Shown here in pieces: positions 63,715-64,000 of a stretch of 64,000 bases of DNA. Position numbers and translations under genes: made by a program. Source of the stretch: Antechinus flavipes (Eukaryota). The DNA lies in NCBI RefSeq assembly GCF_016432865.1, contig NC_067403.1:183644001-183708000 (forward strand). Reading direction: 5' to 3'. The first letter of the stretch is position 1. Every line of letters starts with the position of its first letter. Under the pieces are notes generated by a model that searched no databases, had not been told where the DNA came from, and saw only the letters and a program-made list of their open reading frames with translations.

Positions 63715-63965
63715 GAGCATTTTTTTCCAGTTTGATTTGATTTTTTTTTTTTGTGCAGCAAAATAACTGTATAAATATATATGCATATGTTGGATTTAAC
63801 ATATATTTCTACCATGCTTAACATATATTGGACTACTTGCCATCTAGGGGAAGGAATAGGGGAAGGGGGGGTTGGAACATGAGGTTTTATAAGGGTTAAT
63901 GTTGAAGAATTAATCATGCATGTTTTGAAAAATAAAAAAGCTTTAACAAAGGAAAAAAAAAAAAA
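63715..63965 (+). mobile_element. L1 3'UTR with poly(A)
   Basis: gtgcagcaaaataactgtataaatatat...ggactacttgccatctagggg...aataaaaaagcttta followed by an A tail. Confidence 0.9.
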
Positions 63966-64000
63966 AGAAAAAGAGAAGGGGCCTTAGAGACAACTGAGGC

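Noticed and set aside
1-64000. ORF-track entries as protein-coding genes
   Set aside because: All are 153 aa or shorter, and I recognise no domain beyond TE relics. Many are antisense to L1/L2/L3, low-complexity or start at non-ATG codons, as expected for intron-bearing vertebrate DNA.

Overview
This is vertebrate genomic DNA, not prokaryotic. The repeat content points to a marsupial, probably a dasyurid such as Tasmanian devil (inference): WSINE1-type and MAR1/Ther-2-type CORE-SINEs, marsupial-type L1 3' ends, abundant MIR, L2 and L3/CR1, and strong CpG depletion. There are three N-gaps. Roughly half the window is recognisable decayed transposable elements and simple or tandem repeats; the rest is unique, intron- or intergenic-like sequence. 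I cannot support any complete protein-coding gene: the ORF-track entries are short, often antisense to LINE relics, span N-gaps or are low-complexity. There are no rRNA or tRNA genes and no CRISPR array. The best leads are (1) an 18-nt + strand microexon-like unit with near-consensus splice sites at 61508-61525; (2) a CpG-rich block with three RBFOX motifs and a strong - strand acceptor at 41.2-41.8 kb; (3) a ~230-bp L2 segment duplicated in inverted orientation 2 kb away at ~90% core identity; (4) a TSD-flanked, A-tailed 194-bp insert that I cannot match to a known TE; (5) an unrecognised ~75-160 bp element present twice, ~9.7 kb apart. TE family names come from recalled consensus motifs, not a database search. 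TE boundaries are approximate (tens of bp) unless defined by TSDs. I found no convincing new multi-component system.
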